A DNA stretch of 59,013 bases, the filler included, from Sphacelaria rigidula (taxonomy: Eukaryota): assembly GCA_964200075.2 (NCBI GenBank). It is 10 parts of 10 records of this genome, joined end to end, with 100 filler letters (N's around TTAATTAATTAA, not from the genome) between each part and the next. Parts side by side here need not be neighbours in the genome. Positions count along the whole stretch, not along the records: positions 5,913 to 11,724 come from CAXNAA020024269.1; positions 11,825 to 17,636 come from CAXNAA020024270.1; positions 17,737 to 23,547 come from CAXNAA020024271.1; positions 23,648 to 29,458 come from CAXNAA020024272.1; 6 more parts are not named here. The stretch is one strand, 5' to 3'. Below are positions 11,101 through 24,197 of this stretch, piece after piece. The position numbers and the translations under genes were made by a program. The notes beneath the pieces are model-generated. The model did no database searches. It was not told the origin of the DNA and worked only from the letters and a program-made list of their open reading frames with translations. Within the stretch, counting starts at the first letter, position 1. Each line of letters starts with the position of its first letter.

Positions 11101-12247
11101 CTGACATCGGAATAATTATTACTTATGGGAAGCTACTACTCGTACTGTAACGAGCTGTTCACGTGACCAGCGTGCGCTGCACATTACCTATGCACCACGC
11201 TAGCAACAGTTAGGTCACCACCGGAGGTATCTTTTTTCACTCCGCATGCCAAAAAAGTCTCTACGAGTGTTTGATCTCTCATACACCCCCCTCAACTGGC
11301 GTGTGGCACGCCCTTCTGCTCGGGCACCCCGTTGGGAGAGGTCGGCGAAAATCAACGATGAATAACAGCCCCTAAGTTCAAATCGGATATATCTGTTATT
11401 GCCGCAGCACCGCCCTTCCTAGCATGTGTGTGACAGAAAACAGTAGTAGCGGTGACGGGAACATTGCCCTATTTGTTCAACGACATGTTTTTCAGCGCAC
11501 AGAGGCGCGTCCTGTCCAAAAGGAGAGGCAGAGAGAAATCGATATTCGCGTTGGCGACAGGCAAGAAGAAACGACGGAATCTCTCCGCACCTTAGTGTTT
11601 CGGGACATGGGCAATTTGGCACATGCTGGTAAGATCGATGATACCAGTCTCTCGAGAGTTTGGTAATCGCTGAGCGGGGACACACAAAGGACGCGGGCGA
11701 GGACCTTCCTCTCTGTCGTTGCTTNNNNNNNNNNNNNNNNNNNNNNNNNNNNNNNNNNNNNNNNNNNNTTAATTAATTAANNNNNNNNNNNNNNNNNNNN
11801 NNNNNNNNNNNNNNNNNNNNNNNNGGACAATCTTGGAGAAAGTAAGAAGTTACGGATTCTGCATACTTCTGACGCTGACTACTGTATATAAAAAGGCTTC
11901 TGTGAGGTTGTGGCTCGTCACTCGTTTCAATGGAATTGCAACGCAGGTGACCAGCATGTCACGGAACGAACGACAATACAGTGAATATGATTGGGAAATG
12001 ACAACGGTTCAGGGTTTCTTTCGAGGAAAGCACAGGGCATTTCGAGCAGTGGTAGTACCTGTTAACACAATCTCTTTCGGGTGGAATTTAATTTCATTCG
12101 ATTGGCTGTGACGAAAACGCTTCAAACTTTCTTCCAGGGAAAGAATATGAAATTTCGACGAGTGACAATACCTGTTGAGACATTCTGTCTCAGTTAAAAT
12201 TTGCTTTAGTTGGCTGTCGCATATCCAGCCGGGCCAGAAGGAAAAAA

Positions 12248-12319
12248 TGAACCCGAGGAGAATCGAACTCCTAATCTTCAGGACTGGAATCTGACGCGTT
12301 ACCATTGCGCCACGGGTCC
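12248..12319 (-). tRNA. trnW-CCA: tRNA-Trp (CCA), 72 nt, intronless
   Basis: GGACCCG TG GCGC AATGGTA ACGC G TCAGA TTCCAGT CCTGA AGATT AGGAG TTCGATT CTCCT CGGGTTC A. 7-bp acceptor stem, perfect T stem, A and B boxes, and a T6 Pol III terminator immediately 3'. Confidence 0.93.
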
Positions 12320-14883
12320 GCTACATCAGCGGGCAGCAACCACAGTATATCACCTCATCGAAGAAGTACAAAACGAACTATTGGGGACGAGTGTCGAAAG
12401 AAGGGCACTCATTGCAATGGTGCAAACATGTGCGACAGGTCGTAATTTTGTCGGCTGTCATGTTTCCAGCGGCATCATTTTTCGTAGCGGCAGCGGACTC
12501 GTGTGTGTGGGGGTGATCACTTCTCCAATCGGAACGAACGAGGGTCCAGGAACTATCGTACAGGCGCATTGTTCATGGAGAAATGGCGGTGGAACTGCAC
12601 TTACATGTGAAGGTGTTAATATACGAACATCGCATTGCACCGTAGCGCAGCTCAGCCAAGTGAGACCGACAGCTAGGTGCAATGCTCCACGGTTGTCGTT
12701 AGGATTCTTCGACAGCGTGTGTTGCCACCTCAAGTTAAATACTTCCTGTGCGGTCCGATTCAGAGGATGCACAGCCCCCTCCGAAGCGGGTTGATTCAGC
12801 AACCACAACAGGGTTGGCATCATTTCGTTCTAGGGGATATGTCAAATGTCGGGGATGACGTTTCAGCGTGTCGGAAAGCATCAAGCCAGTTGTCGAGCCA
12901 GTTGAGCGACACGGAGAGAAACACCGAGAAAAGGAACTATTTTGGATTGACTGAATGTGACCGTATATACTTCGAGTCCGGTCATATTTCGAATCTATTC
13001 CGCGACTGCAAACCGCTGCGCTGTGTACAGGGTCGATGAACTAGCTGTAAAACTGCTCTATAGACACGTCCACTTACAGAGCATATTAAGCGAAACCAGA
13101 TGCGAGGTCATACTCGTAATGTGCGTGGGGTTTAGACGCCGCACCTATTTCCAAAGGTACGACGTGCATTAGCTATCACACAATAGTACAGTAGTGTTCC
13201 GAAATGAAGAAAGTCAAGTCACTGTTGTTGGTAGTGTTGTACCTACTTGTGTGGTTTACTCTACAACCTGCAACGACAACATATCTAGCATCATGACAAC
13301 ATGTATGGGGGCATAAAAAAGGGGTCTAAGAATCTTCAGGCACTGTCCTGCTGGGCTGATGCCCTACACCCTACTGCTGTTCACCACACTGCACCTCGTA
13401 ATCGGCAATCATGGCTCCATCTGGCCGCTCTATCAAACCTTCCGGCGACAACTTAAGAGTTCCGGCGCCACCTGGCCTAATAGCACACACTGTCGTAATA
13501 CAGCTGGAAATCCATAGCACCATGAAGAATAGAGATAAATTCATGACTCTTGGTTGTGGTAGACACCGTGCTGTTCTCGTTCGCTCCATGGGACAACACC
13601 ACAACACAAGTTCAGATCCAAGGTGCACTAATAGTGCGTTTTTTCCATCACTATCTTCGTACGTATCAGACCCGCATTCAAAGTATAAAAATGGGCACAG
13701 CACCACTTTTTTGGTGATAAAACCGAAGGGATAGATACAGAGAAAATATCCGGGGGACACATTCACACAAATAATCCTCTAAAAATGGATGTTCCCCACT
13801 CGAGGCACGTAGATTAGTGCATCATGCTAGCACAGAACACACGTAGACCATGAGATGGAGCATGACCAGAAGCTGTGTATATGATTTTCAAGATTGATAT
13901 CCAACGGCCGCCTATACGCGCCAGGGCCGTGTGTATGGTAAGGTAAACTGCACACCTGTGCGACATCCCGTTCCTTACGACATGCGATATAAAATATATG
14001 CCGGTGCTATATAGCTGGGAACTTCGTTGCGCCTCACAGCTAACAGGCACGCTGCTTTCATTAGATTGGATCAATTCAGAAGTGGATAGGAATGCTCATG
14101 ACCCGCGGAAAACAATATTCAAACCTGTTCAAACAGCAAAGAAGGCGCGAACTTTCCGAGGCCACCACAACTACTTCTCGTACTCGCGGGGTGAAAGCAT
14201 CGCGAGGTGTCAACTACTTCTACTGTGGGGCCCACACGAGATCTTTTCGACCGATGTTATCCGTGCCCTCCAGGAGCACGACGGGAGATATGCCTACAGA
14301 TGCGAGGAGAGCCCTGACGATGCTGGCGATTGCAGCGATGGTCATGTCGTTGCCTTGGGCTGCCGAGGGTAAGCGCTGAAGCATGCTGTTGTACGTAGCA
14401 ACGAGTGGTTGGGTGCTGGTGTCGTCGCCGGATGTTCTCGAGGGTAAATATTTGGCGGGTGCGGGTCGCAATACTTCGTTTATTGGTCGATTGTTGCACA
14501 TCAACCGATCATCCAGTATTATTCCAGCCATAATAAAGATAGGCGTACCCAAGGAAAAAATAAGGAGAAACACTCGCTAGAGGAAACTCGAGGAGGGAAA
14601 ATATGGATAACGGAGTATGCTGAGAAACGAGAAGAGAAGTAGAGCAAGAACATACACTGAAACAGAAGCACATACCTCATCATACGCTCACGCACTCATG
14701 GATGCATACAAAAAAGGCGAAATAATGTATTTATTTTTTTATTGATTGTCGCACTTTAACTGACCCCCCAGGGGTCGCCGTGGTCAAACAATAGACGTAC
14801 CCGAGACAAAACAAAACTATAACACTCGCTGGAGAAAAAAAAGAAACCAGGAAAAGGTAGAACAGACCAACGGAGGAGGCTAG

Positions 14884-14910
14884 GAAGAAGAAGAAGAAGA
14901 AGAAGAAGAA
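14884..14910 (+). repeat. (GAA)9 microsatellite
   Basis: Directly visible. Confidence 0.95.
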
Positions 14911-15204
14911 AAGACAACGCGAGAAAAAGAAAGAAAATAAATGGCCGGCCTCTGCCACATGGCTTCGGTGGAAAGATCTTGCGCAAAAAGCACACTCCTA
15001 CCCAGTCGTGGAAAACAAAAGGCAATGGGAAAAGATTGTGGCTCATGTACCATGACCTCACTATTTTGCGTATGAAACCTCTCACCCATGACCCTACCGT
15101 AGCGAGGCACCAAACTGCTCTGGCATACACCGGCAGGGAAGAACACATACACGGAGAAAAAGTTGGCGAAAGGGAGAGCACGGAGACTACAGAAGTGGTG
15201 GAGC

Positions 15205-16069
15205 CCAAAAAATTCAGAGCAGCAGAGTAGGTTCAGACACACGCCAAGGGGCACCGCAGATTCATCGACCAATGACACAGCCAACAACTGATAATAGGGG
15301 CAGACAGGATTCTCTGATTGGCGGCTCTCGACGCAGCAGCCTCTCGTTTGCGACGGTGGTCCGATTCTCGTTTGTCTTCGCGTCGCCACGTGTCCTCAAA
15401 CTCTTCCGCTCCTTTCTCGACTTCAAGGAATTAGCCCATGTTTTTCTTCGCAGTGACCCAATCGTGTGCATCTTGAACCTCTCACCGTAGACGAACCATT
15501 TCCGTCGCGCTCCTTTGTGCGGAGCAGTCGTTGGAGGACGCAGGTCTCGTGGAAGTTTTTGTTCCATCGGTTGGGGGGCCGGCCAACCTCCATCGGTCCT
15601 CGTGTGGTCAAGCATCCGTTCATCATGCGTTTAGGAAGGCGTGTTTCCTTCTGCCGAACAAGTGCTCCCGCGAGCCAGAGTTGATATTTGCGGACAGTCG
15701 TCTCGATAAGTTCGCAGTTGATCATCTCGAGTACAGCTCTGCACGAAATAGTCTTCTTGTAGTCATTTCGATCTTTACTGCGGAATCCGACCACTCGCAG
15801 CAAAAGCTTGTGATGGGCAGTGTGCAGACTGTCGAAATCCTTAGAACGTAACATCCATGTGGCATATCCGCACAATGGAACCTCCACCACGTCCGCTTTA
15901 AGCACCCGGACTTTGAAGGATAGCTGGGTGTTGGGTCGATCATAGAGTTGGGAACTACGTTTCTGGAGACATGCCCCCGATGAGCTGATGCGGCGGCTGA
16001 TTTCGATGGACATTTTTGTATCCGCGCTGATAGCACCACCAAGGCAGACGAACTTGGCCGTCTGCTTAT
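15205..16069 (-). mobile_element. 5'-truncated RTE-like LINE remnant (end of RT, C-terminal region and 3' UTR)
   Basis: TAKFVCLGGAISAD..SIEISRRI...KVRVLKADVVEVPLCGYATW...LLRVVGF...IETTVRKYQLWLAGALVRQKETRLPKRMMNG...GRPPNRW is a typical RTE-clade C-terminus. A related copy lies at 29560-30035. Confidence 0.88.
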
Positions 16070-16494
16070 CGAAGGGATAGAAAAAGACTGCGAAAAAATA
16101 ACGCCAAGATAAATCTAGTATAGGTCCGGCTAAAAACATCAACAAAACAAAGGAGAGGATGGCCGGCCCGTGCCGTAGGGCTTCGGGTAAGAAGGCCGTA
16201 CAAGATCAGTCGAAACAGAGGGGGGGGGGGGGAAGAGGGCCATGGGCCCAGGTTGCGACTCAGCTGCTTGTGAACCACACTTATTTCTCGGGCATGGGTA
16301 CTCACCCGCGAGATCTTAAGGGGCGAGACACAGACATTGCTTCAGCATTAATAGTAAAACAAATAAGACAGAACGCGATAGGGACGGAAGAACAGAGAAG
16401 AGAAGAGAGAGAGGGAGAGGGAGAGGAAGATTTCAAGATGAACAAGAGGAAGAAACCCACCACGACAGCAGAGTAGGACCCGGGCTGAAACAGC

Positions 16495-17010
16495 GTGAAA
16501 AAAATCATCTTCGAAAATGTGGTTGGAAAGTAATAATGAGGTTCAAGTCCAAAAAAATGCATTCCCTGACCTCAGGTCATGACAAATACTTTCATACGGA
16601 TAACCTCACGCCCCTCGACCTCCCTGAAGCTGTTTTTGGAGGTTTTCCGTCTTCCGTTTACCCAAGAGAGCATACCCTGGACAATAGAATACACGGTCAA
16701 AAAATGTACTGCGTACAGTATAGAATCAAGAAAGTATGTGCGACAACACCTTTTTGCATCAATTTCTAGGGGGGGGGAAAGGGGGACGCTTCTAGTCCGA
16801 AAATGGTGATTTCGCACATACCCTTTGAGGGAACGGGAGACGGGAAACCCGCTAACATAGTTTTCGTGAGGTCGGGGGGGCAAGAGGTCGCACTTGCGAG
16901 GTCGTTCATGTGAACGTCATTTGTTATTACTATAGGTAAGACAAAGTACTGTTTTGGAGTTGAACCTCGTTGTGATGTTCGACCTCATTTTCGAAGATAA
17001 TCCCTCGTTA
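16495..17010. mobile_element. Diverged copy of the long-TIR foldback MITE family (see 28472-28897), carrying a nested insertion at 16671-16726
   Basis: Shares TTCGAAAAT..GTTG..AATGAGGTTCAA.TC.AAAA at the left end and its reverse complement at the right end. Confidence 0.7.
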
Positions 17011-18441
17011 GTCAACATCGCTACAGTTACTATATAAGGAAACGAGTTAGCAACCGACGGGGTAATGCAGGGTTATAACGGTTTCGTGACACCCCCGCCT
17101 CTCCCTATCGAACATCCCCGTATGAAGTCTTGGGTGCGCTTTCAAGTGTTTCATTGACGATCTTGTTGAGGCATCAGACGGCGACACATGAGTCACGTTG
17201 CGAGCACAATACGCCGTGCCTGCTGATGTTCTTTCTCTACATATTATATGAACCCAATACAAGTAGTGTACTGTTGGTGAACTTCGTGTTTTTCAAGGCT
17301 CTACTTCAATTATCAGTGGTGATCTGCTGTTTCCCATTATGTCCGAAAAGGCAGAGGTATTCTTTCGCCATTCGAAACCTCAAAATGATGCAGAAGTGTG
17401 AGCCAGTGGTGTCTATGCGGTTCCAGAGGGAATCTGACTTATCGGCTACTCCGGAGTATGTGCTGTTGCCGGTACTAGCTGTTTCATCCGAACCGTCGTA
17501 TTGTTTGTATGTAGGCATTGTACCGGGGGGGAAGAGGGAGGTGTACTCATAATCTTGCATGACATAGTCATCAGACCATTGATCTTGCATCCACACAAAG
17601 CCGGGACGGAGCACGCCGGGTTTTCGCCGGACCAGGNNNNNNNNNNNNNNNNNNNNNNNNNNNNNNNNNNNNNNNNNNNNTTAATTAATTAANNNNNNNN
17701 NNNNNNNNNNNNNNNNNNNNNNNNNNNNNNNNNNNNTTGTTGTTTTTTTTTTTCCAAAAAAAAAAACACCTCTTATTTTGGGGGGAAATAAAACCACCCC
17801 CCCCCCCCCCCCCCCATTGGTCTCGTGATTATGGCATGCATGATCATGAGTACCCCCCCCCTCGAAAAATGCCTGAGCCTGTTCCGGCGAAAACCCGGCG
17901 TGCTCCGTGCCGGCTTTGTAGGGATGCGAGATCAATGGTCTTATCACTATGGCATGCATGATCATGAGTATACTCCTCGAAAAATTCGGAGATTTCGGGA
18001 CAAACGAATCGACTCGCAATGTCACCTTACATCCTATACGTGCTACTGTTAGCTGTCTGCGCCCGGTTGAAAGCCAGTCGCGTTTTGTTTGATGTGTAGC
18101 TGTGTGTGTACTCGAGTACAGGTTATTTGATGCTTGTCGTTCGCCCTCGCGACATGTTCACAGCAGCAATCATCAACCGTTTTGGACGCCCTGAGAATTT
18201 CTATTTCAAGATTTTCCCGCGGACAAGTCCCATTCAAGCCCTTGGAGGATCGGGAGTTATGTTTGTCTTATGCGTACATTGGATGCGAGGTGGAGACATG
18301 AGCGCTTAGTAAATAGTTGATGTTTGTGGAGAATACAATGTTTGGAGGCCAAAACGCGCATAGCGGCATTTTTCTATGGTTGAGGTAAAGAACGGTGCTT
18401 TTTTTTTTCCTCTGTCTTGCTGTGTGTCATCAATCCAGGTG

Positions 18442-18742
18442 GATTTGTCCCCGGTTCGGTGCCACAAAATATTCGTGCTTGACACATTTTTGAAATAATG
18501 CCGAAGCCTAACCCGAACTCCAACCCACGGCACACCGAGAACCCTCGGGCAAGGGAGGCGCAATGGGTTTCCCTAGGCAATATGTGCGTTGGTAGACCGC
18601 GAATCGGCGCCTGCGGCGTCGAATTACACAAGAAAGCGTTCTACGCAGGCTATCTCACAGAAGATCCGAATCTCGGTGCTTACACTGATATCAAGTATAT
18701 TTCAACCATGGGTATTTTTGAGGCGCAGAACTGGGACAAATC
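18442..18742 (-). mobile_element. MITE related internally to family B (44284-44609, 47380-47729), in reverse orientation
   Basis: Inverted termini GATTTGTCCCCGGTTCGGTGCCACAAAAT / ATTTTTGAGGCGCAGAACTGGGACAAATC. Shared core ACCGAGAACCCTCGGGCAAGGG and a CCTAACCC-like tract. Confidence 0.65.
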
Positions 18743-19586
18743 GTACTTCGTGCATCAGTCTGCTCTTCGTATTGACATGCATGTTTGTACAGGCATATTG
18801 GGCACAAGTACAGCTGGAGCCAAGGGGTACGTGACGTAGACCTGGGCTCCGTGTCTATGTACATAGTTTTGGTGTACCGTATGCCTCTGGGCGTTGGCGG
18901 GTGCGCCAATCACTGCTGTTTGTGCTGCATTCAGACTGCAATATCCCCTGCTGTCCGCGGCTCACACAAGTTTCATCATTACGCGTGTCCAAGTGCGTGG
19001 CATACCACCTTCCTTGTGTACGTAGGGTTTTGTGCCTCCACTTCGGGGCGTCATTGCCGTGACTGTTTTTTTTCTCCCAGACTTTTTCGACTTTTTCGAC
19101 TTTTTCGACTTTTTCGGGGAAAACTAAGTTCCCCCCTGAAGAATATGTCAGCAGGTTTCTCAACGAGGCCAAACGATGAATCAATTTATGATGGACCACA
19201 TGTTACCCCGAAAATCTCACGTTTTTTTTTTCGTTCTCCCAATATTTTGTTCTTTAAAAAGTCGGAACTATCTTCCAATTCCCCCGAAAAAATCGAAAAA
19301 AGACCCGTTCGTGATGCCCCTGAAAGTAACTATTTTGGATGCCCCCTCCCGCCCCTCAAAAAAAAAAAAAAGGTTTTTCGTCTAGCATCCAAGTACGAGT
19401 CTCAACCTTCAAGGTGTCAACCCCTTAACGACGGGATGCGTCCTCTTGTTGACCCGGCATCTCGCTCACTTATAAAATGAGTGCCAGACTCACATCTTGA
19501 ATGTACGGACTCCTACCTGGATGCCAAACGGAGTTTTCTTGTCTTTTTTTTGGAGGGGTCGACAATTGTTACTAAACGTGGAAATA

Positions 19587-20599
19587 TCCAAGGGTAGATC
19601 GAGTAGAGTATACTCAATACTCGGTATTTTCGAAGAGTCATACTTTTAGTACTCAAAATTTGAGTAGAGCATTGGAAGCCGTACTCAACCTACTCGAAAT
19701 TTGAGTAGAGTATTGAGGTCATACTCGAGTGATACTCCATACTCAAGTATCACTGAGAGTGCTTACTCAATATTTGAGTAGAGTATTTGAGGTCGTACTC
19801 GACCTACTCAAAGTTCGAGTAGAGTATTTGAGACCATACTCAACCTACTCGAAATTTGAGTAGAGTATTTGAGGCCGTACTCGACCTACTCAATATTTGA
19901 GTAGAGCATTTGAGGTCGTACTCGACCTACTCAAAATTCGAGTAGAGTATTTGAGACCATACTCAACCTACTCGAAATTTGAGTCGAGTATTTGAGGCCG
20001 TACTCGACCTACTCGAAATTTGAGTAGAGTAGTGAGGTCATACTCAAGTGATACTCTAAACTCAAGTATTACTGAGAGTACTTACTCAACATTTGAGTAG
20101 AGTATTTGAGGTCGTACTCGACCTACTCAAAATTTGAGTAGAGTATTGGAGGCCATACTCGACCTACTCAAAATTTGAGTAGAGTATTGAGATCATACTC
20201 AAGTGATACTCTATACTCGAGTATTACTGAGAGTGCTTACTCAAAATTTGAGTAGAGCATTTGAGACCATACTCAACCTACTCAAAATTTGAGTTGAGTA
20301 TTTGAGACCGTACTCGACCTACTCAAAATTTGAGTAGAGTATTTGAGACCATACTCATGTGATACTCTATACTCGAGTATTACTGAGAGTGCGTACTCAA
20401 CATTTGAGTAGAGCATTTGAGGCCATACTCAACCTACTCAAAATTTGAGTAGAGTATTGGAGGCCATACTCGACCTACTCAAAATTTGAGTAGAGTATTG
20501 GAGGCCATACTCGACCTACTCAAACGTCGAGTAGAGTATACACTTGAGTATTTTACTCGAGTACTCAAGAGTACATACTCTATTCGACCTAACCTTGGA
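19587..20599. mobile_element. TIR-bounded element filled with a higher-order tandem array of ~41-bp and 74-bp palindromic units
   Basis: Left TCCAAGGGTAGATCGAGTAGAGTAT versus reverse complement of the right end TCCAAGGTTAGGTCGAATAGAGTAT. Internal unit A is TACTCGACCTACTCAAAATTTGAGTAGAGTATTTGAGGCCG, interspersed with a longer unit B. Confidence 0.88.
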
Positions 20600-22904
20600 C
20601 CCTTTTCCGAGATCGCCCGATATCGCTCATGATTAATTCCCGCCCGGAAGCATTGTTTTCCTCTGACAACAGTGCGCCTATTTACATCAAGTGGTGGATG
20701 TTATCCTTCTGCATACCAGAGGACGAGTGCGCAAAAACATATTTAACAAAGATCCCCGAATGGTTTTGAGCCAAGTGTATGTTTTGCTCACTGTTTTCAT
20801 GGGGTACGCGCTCAGCAGCAGGTAGTGCACCACGGGTATCAGTATGTACTAATGCGATCTACGCCAGCAACACACTTCGCCTACGGTATACTATCGCAGT
20901 TTTGGGTGCTTTCAGGGCATTACCGGCACACCCTGAGCATCGTTTGGTGTTTGCACTGCAGGCCACATCGTCTCAATCGTATATAGCTCTGTACTGCGGC
21001 TGTACCGTTCACAGACAGACTCCTATCCCTTTGATCGCCAGGGCGGGTCACCTGTTCAATAATCATCGTTTTTAGCTGAAGAATGAATTTAAGATCCAGA
21101 TGATCCGACCCGGCAGTCAAAGGGTTGAAAAAGTGACTATGTGCATCTGCAGAAAATAATGAGAATATGTTTGCTGCCCATTGCACACAGTCTTCGCTGT
21201 TTCTATTTCCGCATACTTTTGGTGTTTTCCCCCAGTGTGTAGCTATTTAGACATCACAAGAGGGGGTGCGCGTAACAAGACTCCGCGAAAGGTAAAGTAT
21301 ATACCCCTCTTGTGTATGACTGAATGGCTGAGCAGTCGCCACAGTTCCTGTGACTTACAGTACGAGTTTTACCAGGAGACAGGTGAAGATATACGATCTG
21401 CACGGAAATATAAGGGCCAAACGATCACTCAAAGCTGTCAAAAGAATCTTTTCCTTCCGCCCTGGCCATGCCGCTCGATCTAGAATTTTCCTGAAAGCAC
21501 GCATACTTCATCCGGAAATCGTTTCGAGGTGACTGGAAGCGCATACCCCTCCCTCCCTAAAGAAACCTCCTTTCCCCCTTGAAACCATATTGCCCCCCCC
21601 CCCTAATCGACCGCTCTGATGAGGGGTAAACGTTCACACACCTCAAGTGTGCGAAAAGCGATCAGCACCTTGGCTCAGGCAAATAGTAATGTTCCAGAAC
21701 ACGTTCGTATTATCTCAGTTCACCCTGTTTACTCTCCCACAATGCAATCAACCTCAGTCACACGATAACACTCGCTCAATATCCCTCACTCCAGTATCAC
21801 ACGCGCACAGACTCACCACATACACTTATATTAACCCCCAGAGCAAGGCAGGCAGTTGGCACCCAGAACCCAGAACCAAGATGGACCGCGATGGAATGAC
21901 CGATGGGGGCGATGTGCAATCCAGCTGCTCGTGCTGCACACGTGACTGTACTCGCATAACCTATGTAAACAGACATTATTCATCTGATTGGTTACCAAAT
22001 CCTCCGCAATCACAACATGGTGTATGTTATTTGTGCCGCAGTGTATCCTACATCAACGTTGTTCATGGCAGAGCGTGAGCACAGTCAATTAGCCCCCCTG
22101 TTCACGGCTCATCCATGACTTGAAAACCTATACCGTTGAAAACCGAAATGGAAAGATAATAATCCGACACAAAAACAAAAATATCTCAAGCCATGCTCAA
22201 ACTTCACAAATATATGATATAAAAATCGTAAGCTACCGAGGAAATAGTACCAATATTTTTGCCCCCCCAAAACCCATGTCACACTCTCCTTCGCGGGAAT
22301 GTATTCCATGCAAAAAGTGCCCATCTTATCTAATACCCTCGCCCCCCTTGCCGTCGTGGCCATAGCGTTTTTTTCAAAACATTCGTACTCTTTCCACATA
22401 TTGAATGCAGACAAAGAAACAAACCAATCTACGTTGGCATCTCGGTGATACTAGAAACTGAGGTTTATCCGATCAAACTCGAACGGAACTACGAGTGAAC
22501 ATACGATACAGTTCAAAAGGATCTGGCGGAGGTTTACACTTAAAATAAAAGTCTCGAGCCTGAATGTTTGAACATTCTAGACCCACGCCAGTTTTCAACG
22601 CAAAATGATCCTCAGCAAATCCTAAAATGCCCAGTGAAGCATGCCACTCACCAACTACTGCAAGTCTGATGAGTTATCAAATACATCATCACTGCCAGAC
22701 AGTAGTCGCATAAGTGCATCCTCGCATAACCGATAGGTGTCAAACCTCGAACAAAAATCATACAAAGTATAAACCTACTGATGAGCTGGAGATATCAACA
22801 TCTATCTCCGACCTCTGCGTTCCCCCTCTGGTCAAAAGCCTCGAATCCATCTTCGCGCACCATTCCACTCAATATGCTCCTCCGTATTTCCATGCCATTT
22901 TCTT

Positions 22905-22972
22905 GCCCCCCAGCTTCCTTGCCCCCCCAGCTTCCTTGCCCCCCCAGCTTCCTTGCGCCCCCCAGCTTCCTT
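22905..22972 (+). repeat. Minisatellite, GCCCCCCAGCTTCCTT-type unit (16-18 bp) x4
   Basis: Directly visible. Confidence 0.9.
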
Positions 22973-23280
22973 GACTGTCCGTACTCAACCACATAGAAGT
23001 CCTTACGCGCGCCCCTTCTCAATATGACCGGCACCGCGCCATGCTTGAAAAGAATTTCGCTGACAGAGTCGGTGGTAGCGGCAGCGGCAGTGGTTGTCGT
23101 TGACTTGTTGGTGATGTTGTTGGCAGAGAAGGTGGTAGTGGCGGCGACCGCGGTGTTGACGATGATAAAGGGACTGGGGGTGAAGATTGTTGTCGCGTGC
23201 GGTGCAACCGCGGGACTGTTGGAGCAGGAATCAACCGCGGAACTGTAGGAGCAGGAGTAGGTGGTGACGGGTGGTGATAA

Positions 23281-23440
23281 CGGGAAAAGGTTGCGGTAGT
23301 GTTGGTGCGGTGGCGGCGTCGGTGGGTGATGCGGCAACGAGAAAAGGTTGCGGTAGTGTTGGTGCGGCGGCGGCGTCGGCGGGTGATGCGGCAGCGGGAA
23401 AAGGTTGCGGTAGTGTTGGTGCGGCGGGCAGTCGGCGGCG
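23281..23440 (+). repeat. ~57-bp tandem repeat x3 (GAAAAGGTTGCGGTAGTGTTGGTGCGG...)
   Basis: Three near-identical units, the third partial. Confidence 0.9.
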
Positions 23441-24197
23441 GGACTATTGCTTCCCCCCCCCCCCCACACACACACACACCGCACTAGACAGTAGGGAGAA
23501 AACGATGGCTATACTAGGGGATAGATGGTGGCCAGAGACGGCGAAACNNNNNNNNNNNNNNNNNNNNNNNNNNNNNNNNNNNNNNNNNNNNTTAATTAAT
23601 TAANNNNNNNNNNNNNNNNNNNNNNNNNNNNNNNNNNNNNNNNNNNNAAGATACTTCAACCGCAATCCAGATCTGGAAAATTCCTGTCCGCTTCTGCACA
23701 AAAGATCGATTCTTCTCGAACACAGAATCGAACATGTTGAACATGTGCAACGAGGATTTGAAAACGGCCACGCTAGCCCAAGGTAACATGGGATCGAAAC
23801 AACATATTTTGCAGCATCTTTACGCCACCATCACGTAGGCTGGCGGTGAATTTACTATTACAAATAATTGTGGCGTTCATGTTCTTAATATATATTTTCT
23901 TCACTCGGAAGACAAACAACCAAGAAAGTCAAAACTTGCCGATCGTAAGCGACGAGGGCATGAATCATACTAAAAAGCTACACATCCCCCGCCGACTTCG
24001 CCGTGGAGCCTGTCGTTCGTCTACTCCCGTGAAGGTTCGAAGGTAACCAGTGAAGCAAAAATGCAGCACGATGGGAACAACCTTCCAATTCAGATACGTG
24101 AACATCCTGCACACCGATCACTAGACTTGAAATTTCACTGACGTCTCTCGTCGTGACTTCTCTGCTGTGTATATATGTCGTCGTCCAATCCGCACAG

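Noticed and set aside
12370..13770. Possible decayed transposase on the minus strand
   Set aside because: Coding-like fragments are present but no catalytic motif could be assigned.
19640..20560. CRISPR-like array (regular palindromic repeats)
   Set aside because: There are no unique spacers, units abut directly, no cas genes are present and the context is eukaryotic. It is a TIR-bounded tandem array.
21608..21670. Hammerhead-like CTGATGA...CGAAA on the plus strand
   Set aside because: Stems II and III do not pair canonically and stem I is only 3 bp.
22795..23603. Long Pro/His/Thr-rich ORFs
   Set aside because: They are open only because of low-complexity and tandem repeats; no domain or splice evidence.
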